From NCBI GenBank assembly GCA_963816355.1, contig CAWFKH010000003.1, positions 512,001-576,000 on the forward strand: a stretch of DNA of 64,000 nucleotides, read 5' to 3'. The position numbers and the translations under genes were made by a program. This stretch comes from an uncultured Gemmatimonadales bacterium (GTDB lineage: Bacteria > Gemmatimonadota > Gemmatimonadetes > Longimicrobiales > RSA9). Below the pieces are notes generated by a model. That model ran no database searches, was not told where the DNA came from, and worked only from the letters and a program-made list of their open reading frames with translations. Below are positions 39,831 to 49,381 of this stretch, in pieces; the stretch's first letter is position 1, and each line of letters opens with the position of its first letter.

Positions 39831-40652
39831 TCAGAACAGGCGCAGCTGATCCGGCCCGGCGCTGCGGCGGAGCGCTTCGACGTCGACCGGGTCGAGCGGC
39901 GCGTCCTGGCGGGCGACCTCGAGGACGCCGCGGAAGCCGCGTGCGTCGAGGCTCTCTGCGACGGTGTCGCGCGCCAGAGCGGCGTCGTTGCAGTGCTCGC
40001 TCAGGTGGGCGAGGATGACACCGGCGAGGCGCGGTCCGTGGAGCTCGGCGGCGAGCTCCGCGGAGGCGTGGTTGGAAAGGTGCCCGTGGCTCGAGGCGAT
40101 GCGCTGCTTGACCGACCACGGGTACGGCCCGCTCCACAGCATCGATTCGTCGTGGTTCGCCTCCAGCACCAGCAGATCGCACTCCGCGAGCGAGTGGCGC
40201 ACGGCGGCCGTCGGGCGGCCGAGGTCGGTCGCGATCCCCAGCTTCAGACCGGTCCGCCGGTGGGCGACGGTGACCGCGATCGGGTCGATCGCGTCGTGCA
40301 CCGTGAGGAACGGCTGCACCTCGAGCGGCCCGATCGAGAAGGGCCGCATTGCGGAATAGGCGTGTACGCGCTCGTCGCCGCGTAGCAGCCGTCGGCAGGC
40401 GCGGCGGGTCGGCTCCGTGATGTAGAGGACCAGGTCGAAGCGGCGCGCCAGCACGCCCATGCCGCGCGTGTGGTCGCCGTGCTCGTGCGTGATGACGACG
40501 CCCGCGAGCGATGCCGGATCGACGCCGACGGCGCGCAGCCGGCGATCGATGTCGCGCCCGCTGAAGCCGGCGTCGACGAGGATGCGCACGCCGTCCGCTT
40601 CGACGAGCGTCGCGTTGCCGGTGCTGCCGCTGCCCAGGACGGTGACCCTCAC
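39831..40652 (-). CDS. MBL-fold metallo-hydrolase (YycJ/WalJ-like)
   Basis: LGSGSTGN, THEHGDHTRG, HDA, ATDLG, LEANHD, GHLSN, AHLSEHCN. Confidence 0.9.
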   Translation of the reverse strand: MRVTVLGSGSTGNATLVEADGVRILVDAGFSGRDIDRRLRAVGVDPASLAGVVITHEHGDHTRGMGVLARRFDLVLYITEPTRRACRRLLRGDERVHAYSAMRPFSIGPLEVQPFLTVHDAIDPIAVTVAHRRTGLKLGIATDLGRPTAAVRHSLAECDLLVLEANHDESMLWSGPYPWSVKQRIASSHGHLSNHASAELAAELHGPRLAGVILAHLSEHCNDAALARDTVAESLDARGFRGVLEVARQDAPLDPVDVEALRRSAGPDQLRLF

Positions 40653-41917
40653 GCGCCGGCGTCTCCCGTGGGCTCTTCCTCACCGCGCGCCACGCCCGCG
40701 GTCTGCCGCCCGAGCCACCAGGCTTCCCGCAGCAGCGCCTCCGCCTCGTCCGAGAGGGTGAGGCCGCGACGCGCTTCGACGATGCGGGCGGTGGCGAGGA
40801 AGCGGTCGATGTCGTAGGCCGCCGCATCCGCGCCGGCGCCCCACGTGAAGGGCGGGACGTAGCGCGGCGGCGTCGCGGCGCCGAAGAGGTTGCAGCCCGC
40901 CTCGACCACGGTGCCGGTCGAGAGCAGGGTGCCGATCGCTGTCTTCACGTGGTCGCCCAGTAGGCAGCCCAGCTTGGTCAGTCCCGTGTCGTGCTCACCG
41001 GTGGCCGTGCGGATGCGGACGGTGCCGTAGTTGTTCTTCAGGTCGCTGTTCGTGGTGAGCGCGCCGAGGTTGACCCAGCGGCCGAGGTAGGCGTGGCCGA
41101 GGAAGCCGTCGTGGGCCTTGTTGGCGTAGCCGAGGATCACCGACTCCTCGACCTGCCCGTGGACGCGGCAGGCGGGGCCGATCGAGACCGCCTCGAAGGC
41201 GCCGCCCAGCAGGATCGTGCCCGCGTCGATCGCGCTCGGTCCCACGATGTGCGTGAACGGGTGGACCACGACGTCGTCGCCGAGCACGATCGGGCCGCCG
41301 CGCGTGTCGAGGACGACGCCGGGATCGATGCGCACGCCGCGGCCGAGCGCGAGCGCGCCGTCGCCCAGGCGGTGCACGCCCTCCGGCAGCGCATGCTCGG
41401 AGGCGTCGCGCGCGAGCGCCGGCACGTCGCGCGCGGTCTGGTCCGGGGTGCCGGTGACCAGATCCCACACCTGACGCAGGAGGCGGCCCGGCCACACGAA
41501 CGGCTCCCCGCCGGCCGGCGTCCGCGCCGCGTCCCGGAAGAAGGCAGGCTCGGGCAGCGGCGCGCCCGGGGGAACGACGGCGCCGCACGGCTCGCCCTCC
41601 ATCAGGAGCAGCCGCGCCGCGCCGGCGGGCGGCGGCCCCGCATCCCACTCCGGCACCGCGCGCGAGGAGAGGAGCACGAGCTCGACATCGCGAGGCAGCG
41701 CCTCCGGCTCGATGGGGCGCGGCGCGCCCGGCTCGTCGAAGTGCAGGAGGTGGGAGGCGGCGATGTAGCCGACGCAGCGGCAGCCGCAGATGCGCTCGGC
41801 TCGCTCGCGCAGCAGCAGCGCGCCGTAGCGCAGCTCGGCGGCCGGCCGCGTGAGCGTGAAGGGCCGCCAGCCGTCGGCGACGTCGTCGTCGAACAGCACG
41901 AGCGCGCGGCGGCTCAC
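40649..41917 (-). CDS. GlmU-like putative sugar nucleotidyltransferase with left-handed beta-helix
   Basis: PFTLTRPAAELRYG, NKAHDGFLGHAYLGRWVNLGALTTNSDLKNNY, hexapeptide repeats. Confidence 0.8.
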   Translation of the reverse strand: MSRRALVLFDDDVADGWRPFTLTRPAAELRYGALLLRERAERICGCRCVGYIAASHLLHFDEPGAPRPIEPEALPRDVELVLLSSRAVPEWDAGPPPAGAARLLLMEGEPCGAVVPPGAPLPEPAFFRDAARTPAGGEPFVWPGRLLRQVWDLVTGTPDQTARDVPALARDASEHALPEGVHRLGDGALALGRGVRIDPGVVLDTRGGPIVLGDDVVVHPFTHIVGPSAIDAGTILLGGAFEAVSIGPACRVHGQVEESVILGYANKAHDGFLGHAYLGRWVNLGALTTNSDLKNNYGTVRIRTATGEHDTGLTKLGCLLGDHVKTAIGTLLSTGTVVEAGCNLFGAATPPRYVPPFTWGAGADAAAYDIDRFLATARIVEARRGLTLSDEAEALLREAWWLGRQTAGVARGEEEPTGDAGA

Positions 41918-42984
41918 CCGCCCTCCCCGTGGCGCAGCGCCTCGGGCAGCTCCGCGAGCAGCTTCTTCAGATCCGGCGCGCGCGCGCGCGGCGTCACCAG
42001 CGTGATCCCCTGCGCCCGCACGACCACCAGGTCGTCGGCGCCGAAGACGACGACGTCGCCGTCCTCGGACCAAACGATGCAGCGCCGGGCGTCGACGGTG
42101 TGGGCGTTGCCGACGCGCACGTTCCCGTCGGCGTCCGCGCTCCGCGTGCGGCCGACGGCGTCCCAGGCGCCGACGTCGTCCCAGCGGAAGTTGGCGGCCG
42201 CGACGGCGACGCGGTCGCTGCGCTCGAGCAGCCCCTCGTCGATCGAGAGCGACGGCGCGCGCCGGAAGAACTCGGCCTCCTCGCCGCGCTCGAGGAGCGG
42301 CAGCAGCGGCGCGAGCTCCGGGGTGTGCCGCGCGAGCTCGGCGAGGAGCACGTCGACGCGCCAGACGAAGATGCCGGAGTTCCAGAGGTAGCCGCTGCGG
42401 AGCAGGTACGTGCGGGCGGTCTCGAGGTCGGGCTTCTCGACGAACTCGCGCACCTCGAACGCACCGGCGGCGTCGGGGAGCGCGTCGCCCAGGCGGATGT
42501 AGCCGTAGCCGGTCTCCGGGCGCGTGGGCTCGACGCCGATCGTGAAGAGGCGCGGCTCCGTGGCGGCGAGGCGGCCGATGCGCGCGAGCAGGTCACGGAA
42601 CGCGGCGGCGGGCTCGATGACGTGGTCGGCGTGGAGCGACGCCATGACGGCGCGCGGGTCCTCGCGCGCGATGCGGGCGGCCGCCCAGGCGAGCACCGGC
42701 GCGGTGCCGCGCGCCCGCGGCTCGATCCAGATCTCGTCGGCGCCGATCGAAGGGAGCACTGCGGAGAAGGCGGCCGCGAGGTGCTCGCCGGCGAGGATGC
42801 GGAGTCGCTCGCGTGGGACGAGCGGCAGGATGCGCTCGACGGTGTCGACGACGAGAGGCCGGTCCCCGGCGAGCGGCAGGACCTGCTTCGGCCTCGCCGG
42901 TGTAGAGACGGGCCAGAAGCGGGAGCCGATGCCGCCGGCGAGGATCACCGCCCAGAGGCGGGCCTCAGTGGCGGAAGATTTCAT
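41914..42984 (-). CDS. manC: Mannose-1-phosphate guanylyltransferase (monofunctional)
   Basis: ILAGGIGSRFWP, RPKQ, PETGYGYI, FVEKP, WNSGIF, WDDVGAW. Confidence 0.92.
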   Translation of the reverse strand: MKSSATEARLWAVILAGGIGSRFWPVSTPARPKQVLPLAGDRPLVVDTVERILPLVPRERLRILAGEHLAAAFSAVLPSIGADEIWIEPRARGTAPVLAWAAARIAREDPRAVMASLHADHVIEPAAAFRDLLARIGRLAATEPRLFTIGVEPTRPETGYGYIRLGDALPDAAGAFEVREFVEKPDLETARTYLLRSGYLWNSGIFVWRVDVLLAELARHTPELAPLLPLLERGEEAEFFRRAPSLSIDEGLLERSDRVAVAAANFRWDDVGAWDAVGRTRSADADGNVRVGNAHTVDARRCIVWSEDGDVVVFGADDLVVVRAQGITLVTPRARAPDLKKLLAELPEALRHGEGG

Positions 42985-43354
42985 CGATGCGGGCCATCAG
43001 CTTCTTCGGGCTGAACGGCTTCGTCAGGAAGTCGGTCGCGCCCAGCTCGGCGGCTCGCTCGCGGTCGGCATCCTGCCCCTTCGCGGTGAGCATGATGACC
43101 GGCGTATCGCGGCGGTGCGGCAGCTCGCGCAGCTCGGCGAGCACCTCGAGTCCGCTCATCTGCGGCATCATGATGTCGAGGAGCACGAGGTCGATCGCGA
43201 CGTCGGAGCGAAGGCGTTCGACGGCGCGGCGTCCGTCCTCGACGAGCTCGACGCGGTAAGGCCCGTGCTCGAGCTTGAGCTGGATGATCCTCGCGATGTA
43301 GGGCTCGTCGTCGACGACCAGGACGCGACGAGCCTTCTCCGGAACGCGAGCCAT
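42965..43354 (-). CDS. Single-domain response regulator
   Basis: VLVVDDE, LLDIMMP, MLTAKG, FLTKPFSP. Confidence 0.92.
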   Translation of the reverse strand: MARVPEKARRVLVVDDEPYIARIIQLKLEHGPYRVELVEDGRRAVERLRSDVAIDLVLLDIMMPQMSGLEVLAELRELPHRRDTPVIMLTAKGQDADRERAAELGATDFLTKPFSPKKLMARIDEIFRH

Positions 43355-43434
43355 CCGAGCGCGGCCTCGACGAGGGAAGGGGTGTTGCGAGCCCCGCGCC
43401 CGAGCGCGGTCGAAGGGCTTCGTGAACGCGGGGG

Positions 43435-43463
43435 ACGTTAGACCGACGGCGGCGCGAAGTCAA
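43435..43463 (-). promoter_or_regulatory. Sigma-70 promoter of the regulator-manC operon
   Basis: Minus strand TTGACT-N17-TAACGT. Confidence 0.6.
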
Positions 43464-43484
43464 GCAGTGTGGCGGACTTGCGCC

Positions 43485-43513
43485 TTGACACGGTGGGAGG
43501 CCGATCCTAAGCT
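43485..43513 (+). promoter_or_regulatory. Sigma-70 promoter of the lipoprotein-serS operon
   Basis: TTGACA-N17-TAAGCT. Confidence 0.7.
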
Positions 43514-43559
43514 ACGCCGCCCCCGCGCGGCGCGGCGAAACCCGAGCAGCGGAGCACCT

Positions 43560-44135
43560 TTGCGAACCATCATCGTCCTGACGATCCTCGCGGCCGCGGT
43601 CACCCTCGGCGGGTGCAGCGACCCGCTCGCGCCGCAGCCGTGGCCGTTCGCGTTCACGGTTCCGGACACGGTCGACCTGTACTCGCTGGGGCGTCCGGAT
43701 TACCTGGGCCTGCCGGGCGCGTTCGACTTCACCGCTTCCGGCCACCGCGCGGTGGTGCTCGAGCAGCCCGGCGCGATCGCGACGTGGGACGTGGGCGTCA
43801 CCGGGGACGCGGACAGGCTCGTGCTCTTTCCTCCGGCCACGCTGCCGGGGATCCGCTCGAACGCCGCGATCGCGCCGGTGCCGAACGCGACCTTCGACGG
43901 GCTGCTGGAGGCGCCCGCGGCGGGGAACGGCATCGTCTACCACGACTCGACGACGGTGCCGGCGACGGTCGGCGGCGTCTACGTCGTGCGCTCCCGCACG
44001 ATCTCCGGACCGCTCGGGACGTGCAGCTACTACGCGAAGATGGAGGTGCTCGCGATCGACCTCGAGAAGGGCACGCTGCGCTTCCGCTTCCTCGCGGATC
44101 CGAACTGCAACGCCCGCTCCTTCGTTTCGCCGTAG
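43560..44135 (+). CDS. Hypothetical lipoprotein
   Basis: TTG start after GGAG; lipobox LGGC; beta-rich, with a C-terminal Cys pair. Confidence 0.7.
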   Translation: MRTIIVLTILAAAVTLGGCSDPLAPQPWPFAFTVPDTVDLYSLGRPDYLGLPGAFDFTASGHRAVVLEQPGAIATWDVGVTGDADRLVLFPPATLPGIRSNAAIAPVPNATFDGLLEAPAAGNGIVYHDSTTVPATVGGVYVVRSRTISGPLGTCSYYAKMEVLAIDLEKGTLRFRFLADPNCNARSFVSP

Positions 44136-44146
44136 CACGGCGCGGC

Positions 44147-45427
44147 ATGCTCGACCTGCGATGGATCCGGGAGGAACGGGAGCGGATCCGCGAGCGGCTC
44201 GCGGTGCGCGGCAGCCCGGAGGTGCTCGCGCTCGTCGATCGCGCGCACGACCTGGACGAGGTGCGCCGCGAGTTGATCGGCGAGGTCGACGCTTTGAAGG
44301 CGGAGCGGAACCGCGTCTCGCCGCAGGTGGGGGAGCTGAAGAAGCAGGGGCGGCACGCGGAGGCGGAGACGGTGATCGCCGAGATGCGGACGCTGGTCGA
44401 TCGCATCGGTGGGATCGACGCGCGCCTCGCCGCGACCGAGTCCGAGATCGACGCGCTCCTGCTGCAGATCCCCAACGTGCCGGAGCCGGAGGTGCCGCCG
44501 GGTGGCGAGGCGGACGCGGTCGAGGTGCGGGAATGGGGCGAGGCGCCGACGTTCGACTTCGAGCCGAAGCCGCACTGGGAGCTCGGCGAAGCGCTCGGCA
44601 TCCTGGACCTGGCGCGCGGCGCCAAAGTGGCGGGGTCGGGCTTTCCTCTCTACGTCCGGGAAGGGGCCCGGCTCGAGCGCTCGCTGATCAACTTCATGCT
44701 CGACCTGCACAGCGGGGAGCACGGCTACACGGAGGTGTGGCCGCCGCTGCTGATCAACCGGGTCGCGGCGACCGGCACCGGTCACCTGCCGAAGTTCGGC
44801 GACGACATGTACGAGGTGCCGGAGGACGGCTTCTTCCTGGTCCCGACGGCGGAGGTCCCGGTCACGAACCTGTACGGCGGCGAGATCCTGTCGGCGGAGG
44901 CGGTGCCGATCCGCCACGTCGCCTACACGCCGTGCTTCCGCCGCGAGGCGGGCGCGCACGGCAAGGACACCCGGGGCCTGATCCGGCTTCATCAGTTCGA
45001 CAAGGTGGAGCTGGTGCGCTTCGAGAGGCCGGAGGCGTCGCGCGCGGCGCTGGAGGAGCTGACGTCGCACGCGGAGGAAGTACTCCGTCGCCTCGGGCTG
45101 CGTTATCGGGTGATCCTGCTGGCCGGCGGCGACCTCGGCTTCTCGAACGCCAAGACGTACGACATCGAGGTGTGGGCACCCGGCGTGCAGCGCTGGCTCG
45201 AGGTGTCGAGCTGCTCTCTGTACACGGACTACCAGGCCCGGCGCGCCGGCATCCGGTTCCGCCCGGCGGCGGGCGCGAAGCCGGAGTACGTGCACACGCT
45301 CAACGGCTCCGGACTGGCGTTGCCGCGCACAATGATCGCCCTCCTCGAGAGTTATCAGCAGGCCGACGGCAGCGTGCGGATCCCGGCGCCGGTGGCGGCC
45401 TACTTGGGCCGGGACCGCATCGGTTGA
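44147..45427 (+). CDS. serS: Serine--tRNA ligase
   Basis: MLDLRWIR, PTAEVP, CFRREAG, HQFDKVE, EVSSCS, TLNGSGLA. Confidence 0.97.
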   Translation: MLDLRWIREERERIRERLAVRGSPEVLALVDRAHDLDEVRRELIGEVDALKAERNRVSPQVGELKKQGRHAEAETVIAEMRTLVDRIGGIDARLAATESEIDALLLQIPNVPEPEVPPGGEADAVEVREWGEAPTFDFEPKPHWELGEALGILDLARGAKVAGSGFPLYVREGARLERSLINFMLDLHSGEHGYTEVWPPLLINRVAATGTGHLPKFGDDMYEVPEDGFFLVPTAEVPVTNLYGGEILSAEAVPIRHVAYTPCFRREAGAHGKDTRGLIRLHQFDKVELVRFERPEASRAALEELTSHAEEVLRRLGLRYRVILLAGGDLGFSNAKTYDIEVWAPGVQRWLEVSSCSLYTDYQARRAGIRFRPAAGAKPEYVHTLNGSGLALPRTMIALLESYQQADGSVRIPAPVAAYLGRDRIG

Positions 45428-45544
45428 AGCGGCGCGACGCCGCGCCGAACCAGACGCCGGGCCGAGCGAGACGCCGGGCGTGCGAGCGCGAGGCCGCGCG
45501 CGCCCGCGTCCGCGAGCAGCAGGTCCGCGACCGCTAGGACGCCC

Positions 45545-46750
45545 GTGAACCGACGCTACTGGCCCGCAGCGCTCGCGCTGCTCTCCGTCGCCATCTTCGG
45601 CTCGTACCTGCTCTACACGGAGCACCTGGCGCGCCGGATCCGGCAGGACGCCGGGATCCAGCAGCGCATGTACGCCGAGGTCCAGCGGGGCCTGCTCTCG
45701 GAGAACGGCGCGGTGCAGGCGCTCTTCGACCTGCAGGACGAGATCAAGCGGCTCGGCGTGCCGCTGGTGGTGCTGAACGCGGCGGGCGAGGTGACGGGGC
45801 AGGCGAACCTGCCGTTCCCGGTCGACCTCGACGATCCGCAGGATCGCATACGGATCAAGCGCTACGCGATCCAGCTTCGGCTGGAGAACGGCTTCATCAC
45901 GGAGCCGGGCGTGGGCGAGATCTACTTCGGCGCGCCGCCGATCCTGAAGGGGCTGCGGTGGATCCCGTGGATTCAGGTGTCGAGCGGGGTGCTGGTGCTG
46001 GCGATCGCCCTCGGCCTGATCTACGTGAACACGCGGGCGGAGCGGGAGCGGCTGTGGGCGGCGATGGCGCGCGAGCTCGCGCACCAGATGGGCACGCCGC
46101 TCTCCTCGATGGCGGGCTGGATCGAGGTGTTGCAGGCCACGCCTGAGGAGTGGCAGGCGCTGGGCGGCGAGGTGCAGATCGCGCGCGAACTGTCCGCGGA
46201 CCTCGACCGGCTGGAGCGCGTTTCGCGCCGCTTCGAGCTGATCGGCAAGCCGCCGCAGCTCGAGGCGGTGAGCGTGCCGGCCCTGATGGGGGATCTGGAG
46301 AAGTACCTGCGGCCGCGCGCGCCGCGCCTGGGCGCCGGCGTCGAGTTCACGGTGCGCACGAGGACGGGGCTGCCGGCGGTGCGGGCGAATCGCGTGCTGA
46401 TCCTGTGGGCGCTCGAGAACCTGGTGAAGAACGCGCTGGATGCGCTGGCGGGGCGGGGTGGCCGCATCCGCGTCGCGGCGTTCGGCGGGCCGGGCGATGG
46501 CGTCCGGATCGCGGTCAGCGACGACGGTCCGGGGATCGATCCGGCGGTGCGGAACCGCCTCTTCGAGCCGGGCGTGAGCACGAAGCCGTCCGGTTGGGGG
46601 GTGGGATTGTCCCTGGCGCGGCGGATCGTGGAAGAGGTGCACGGAGGCCGGATCGCGGTGCAGGCGCGGCGTGGTGGGGGGACCGTCTTCCTGCTGGACC
46701 TGCCGCGCGCGGCGGACGGAGAGCGAGTCGAGAAGAAGAGCGGGGTTTGA
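45545..46750 (+). CDS. Membrane sensor histidine kinase
   Basis: Two TMs, H-box AHQMGTPLSS, ENLVKNALDA, DDGPG, GWGVGLSL. Confidence 0.9.
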   Translation: MNRRYWPAALALLSVAIFGSYLLYTEHLARRIRQDAGIQQRMYAEVQRGLLSENGAVQALFDLQDEIKRLGVPLVVLNAAGEVTGQANLPFPVDLDDPQDRIRIKRYAIQLRLENGFITEPGVGEIYFGAPPILKGLRWIPWIQVSSGVLVLAIALGLIYVNTRAERERLWAAMARELAHQMGTPLSSMAGWIEVLQATPEEWQALGGEVQIARELSADLDRLERVSRRFELIGKPPQLEAVSVPALMGDLEKYLRPRAPRLGAGVEFTVRTRTGLPAVRANRVLILWALENLVKNALDALAGRGGRIRVAAFGGPGDGVRIAVSDDGPGIDPAVRNRLFEPGVSTKPSGWGVGLSLARRIVEEVHGGRIAVQARRGGGTVFLLDLPRAADGERVEKKSGV

Positions 46751-49065
46751 TGCAGCAGCGGCAGTGGCTGGCGGGACTCAATCCGGAGCAGCGGCAGGCG
46801 GTCGAGCACGTGAGCGGGCCGATCCTCGTGCTTGCGGGCGCGGGATCGGGCAAGACGCGCGTCCTCACGACGCGCATCGCCCACCTCGTGCAGGAGCACG
46901 GCGTCGACCCGGCGGCGATCTTCGCCGTCACCTTCACGAACAAGGCCGCGGCCGAGATGCGGGAGCGGGTCCGGCAGCTCCTCGGGCAGGAGCCGGCCGG
47001 CATGTGGGTGGGCACCTTCCACTCGCTCGGCGCGCGCATGCTGCGCCGCCACGCCGCGCGGCTCGGCTGGGCGCCGAATTTCTCGATCTACGACGCCGAC
47101 CAGCAGCTCCGCGAGGTGAAGCGGATCATGGAGGCGGCGGGGCACCCACCCAAGCGCTGGCACCCGCGCGCCGTCCACGGCGAGATCTCCAACGCCAAGA
47201 ACCAGCTCGTGCCGCCGGAGGAGTACGCGACGACGGCGCTTGCCGCGTTCCAGCGCGTCGTCGCCGACGTCTATCCGCGCTACGAAGCCGCGCTCCGCGA
47301 GCAGAACGCGTTCGACTTCGACGACCTGCTCGTGCGGCCGGTCGAGCTCTTCGTCGGCCATCCCGGCGTGTTGCAGGCGTACCGGGAGCGCTTCCACTTC
47401 GTTCTCGTCGACGAGTATCAGGACACGAACCGGGCGCAGTACCGCTTCCTCGAGCTGCTCGCGCGCGGACACGCCAACCTGATGGTGGTGGGCGACGACG
47501 ACCAGTCGATCTACCGGTGGCGCGGCGCCGACATCCGCAACATCCTCGACTTCGAGCAGGACTTCCCCGACGCCCGCATCGTCCGGCTCGAGCGCAACTA
47601 CCGCTCGACGCGCCGCATTCTCGACGTCGCCAACCACGTGATCGCCGAGAACCAGCGCCGCAAGGGAAAGACGCTGCGCACGGAGGCGGGAGAGGGCGAG
47701 CGGGTCACGCTCGTGGAGGCGGCGGACGAGCGCGACGAGGCGGGCTTCATCCTCAAGGAGATCGATGCGCGACGCGCGCTCGAGCGCGACCTGCGGCTGC
47801 GCGACTTCGTCGTGCTCTATCGCACCAACGCACAGTCTCGCGCGCTGGAAGAGGCGTTCCGCGCGCGCGGCATGCCGTACCAGATCGTGGGCGGCACGCG
47901 CTTCTACGAGCGCCGCGAGATCATGGACCTGCTCGCCTACCTGCGGCTGATCTCGAACCCGGCGGACGCGGGCGCGCTCGACCGCATCCTGAACTATCCG
48001 CGGCGCGGCATCGGCGACGCGACCCGGGCGCGCCTCTTTGCGTGGGCGACGGACGCCGGGCTCGCGCCCTTTGAAGCCGCGCGCCGGGCGCGCGAGTGCG
48101 CGGACCTGCCGGCGGCGGGTGCCACGGCTGTCGCCGGCTTCGCGGAGATGATCGACCGCTTCCGCGCGCTCGCGCCGCACATCGGCGTGGGGGAGCTGCT
48201 GGAGAAGCTGATCGAGGAGGCGGGTATCGTGGCCGCACTCGAGGCGGAGGGTCCGGAGGGCGAGGACCGGATCGACAACGTGCGCGAGCTGGTCGCCGGC
48301 GCGGCGGACTTCGACGAGCGCCTCGCGAACGGCGAACTGGCCGACGAGGAGGCGCCCGCGGAGTCGACGGCGCTCGACCTCTTCCTCCAGAACGTCGCCC
48401 TCGTCACGGACGTGGACCGCCACGATCCGACGGCGGACGCGGTCACGATGATGACCCTGCACAACGCGAAGGGGCTCGAGTTCCCCTACGTTTTCATCAG
48501 CGGCCTCGAGGATGGCCTCTTCCCGCTCGCGCGGTCCTACGAGGAGCCGGAGGCGCTCGAGGAGGAGCGTCGCCTCTTCTACGTCGGCATCACGCGGGCG
48601 AAGCGGAAGCTCTACCTGTCGCACGTCCGGCTGCGGCGGCGGGCGGGCGATGTCACCGCCTGCGTGCCCTCCTCCTTCCTCAAGCCGATTCCGCCCGCGC
48701 ACGTGGACGAGCGCACGACGGCCGCGGTGGCGCGCCTGAAGGCGACGCCGCGCTGGGGCGGCGACGGCTGGTCCTCGCGCCGCGGCGGGCGCGCGGCCGG
48801 CGGCGCCGCCCGCCACTCGCGCGACGATCCGTTCGGCGGCGCCGACGCCGACGACGGCGGCCGCGGCCTCGTGATCGACTACAGCGACGCGCAGGACGCA
48901 CCGCGCTTCGTCAAGGGCGAGCGGGTGCGGCACCCCCGCTTCGGCCGGGGCACGATCCGCGAGCTGTCCGGCTTCGGCCGCGACCTCAAGGCCGTGATCG
49001 ACTTCGAGCACAGCGGCCGCCGGAAGGTGATGATCCAGTTCGCCAACCTGCAGAAGGAGCTGTAG
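46750..49065 (+). CDS. pcrA: ATP-dependent DNA helicase UvrD/PcrA
   Basis: AGAGSGKT, VDEYQDTN, GDDDQSIYRWRGA, YRTNAQSR, TLHNAKGLEF, EERRLFYVGITRA, C-terminal Tudor-like VRHPRFG. Confidence 0.94.
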   Translation: MQQRQWLAGLNPEQRQAVEHVSGPILVLAGAGSGKTRVLTTRIAHLVQEHGVDPAAIFAVTFTNKAAAEMRERVRQLLGQEPAGMWVGTFHSLGARMLRRHAARLGWAPNFSIYDADQQLREVKRIMEAAGHPPKRWHPRAVHGEISNAKNQLVPPEEYATTALAAFQRVVADVYPRYEAALREQNAFDFDDLLVRPVELFVGHPGVLQAYRERFHFVLVDEYQDTNRAQYRFLELLARGHANLMVVGDDDQSIYRWRGADIRNILDFEQDFPDARIVRLERNYRSTRRILDVANHVIAENQRRKGKTLRTEAGEGERVTLVEAADERDEAGFILKEIDARRALERDLRLRDFVVLYRTNAQSRALEEAFRARGMPYQIVGGTRFYERREIMDLLAYLRLISNPADAGALDRILNYPRRGIGDATRARLFAWATDAGLAPFEAARRARECADLPAAGATAVAGFAEMIDRFRALAPHIGVGELLEKLIEEAGIVAALEAEGPEGEDRIDNVRELVAGAADFDERLANGELADEEAPAESTALDLFLQNVALVTDVDRHDPTADAVTMMTLHNAKGLEFPYVFISGLEDGLFPLARSYEEPEALEEERRLFYVGITRAKRKLYLSHVRLRRRAGDVTACVPSSFLKPIPPAHVDERTTAAVARLKATPRWGGDGWSSRRGGRAAGGAARHSRDDPFGGADADDGGRGLVIDYSDAQDAPRFVKGERVRHPRFGRGTIRELSGFGRDLKAVIDFEHSGRRKVMIQFANLQKEL

Positions 49066-49069
49066 CGGC

Positions 49070-49381
49070 GTGGCGGTCCCGCCCGGCGACGTCCGCCGCT
49101 ACGCCGACCTCGCGCGCCTCTCCCTGGACGCGGACGAGGTGGCGCGGCTCGCCGCCGAGCTGAGCCGCATCCTGGCGCACGTCGAGCGCCTCGCGGCGGT
49201 GCCCATCGATGGCTCCGCGGAGCGGGACGCCGGCGCGGACGCGCCGGCCGACTTCCGCCCGGACGCGCCGGGTGCGGACCCGCTGCAGACGCCGCTCGAC
49301 GCGTTCGCCCCGGGCTGGGACGCGCCGTTCTTCGCCGTTCCGCTGGTGCCCGGGATGGAGGGAGGGGAGGAGCCGGCGTGA
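49070..49381 (+). CDS. gatC: Asp/Glu-tRNA amidotransferase subunit C
   Basis: DVRRYADLARL...ILAHVERL...FFAVP; directly before gatA. Confidence 0.85.
   Translation: MAVPPGDVRRYADLARLSLDADEVARLAAELSRILAHVERLAAVPIDGSAERDAGADAPADFRPDAPGADPLQTPLDAFAPGWDAPFFAVPLVPGMEGGEEPA

Noticed and set aside
44030..49011. 870-aa and 996-aa minus-strand ORFs
   Set aside because: Antisense to serS, the kinase and the helicase; no recognisable domains
45545..49065. Defence system built on the UvrD helicase
   Set aside because: Canonical housekeeping PcrA/UvrD with a C-terminal Tudor-like domain among serS and gatCAB; no nuclease partner
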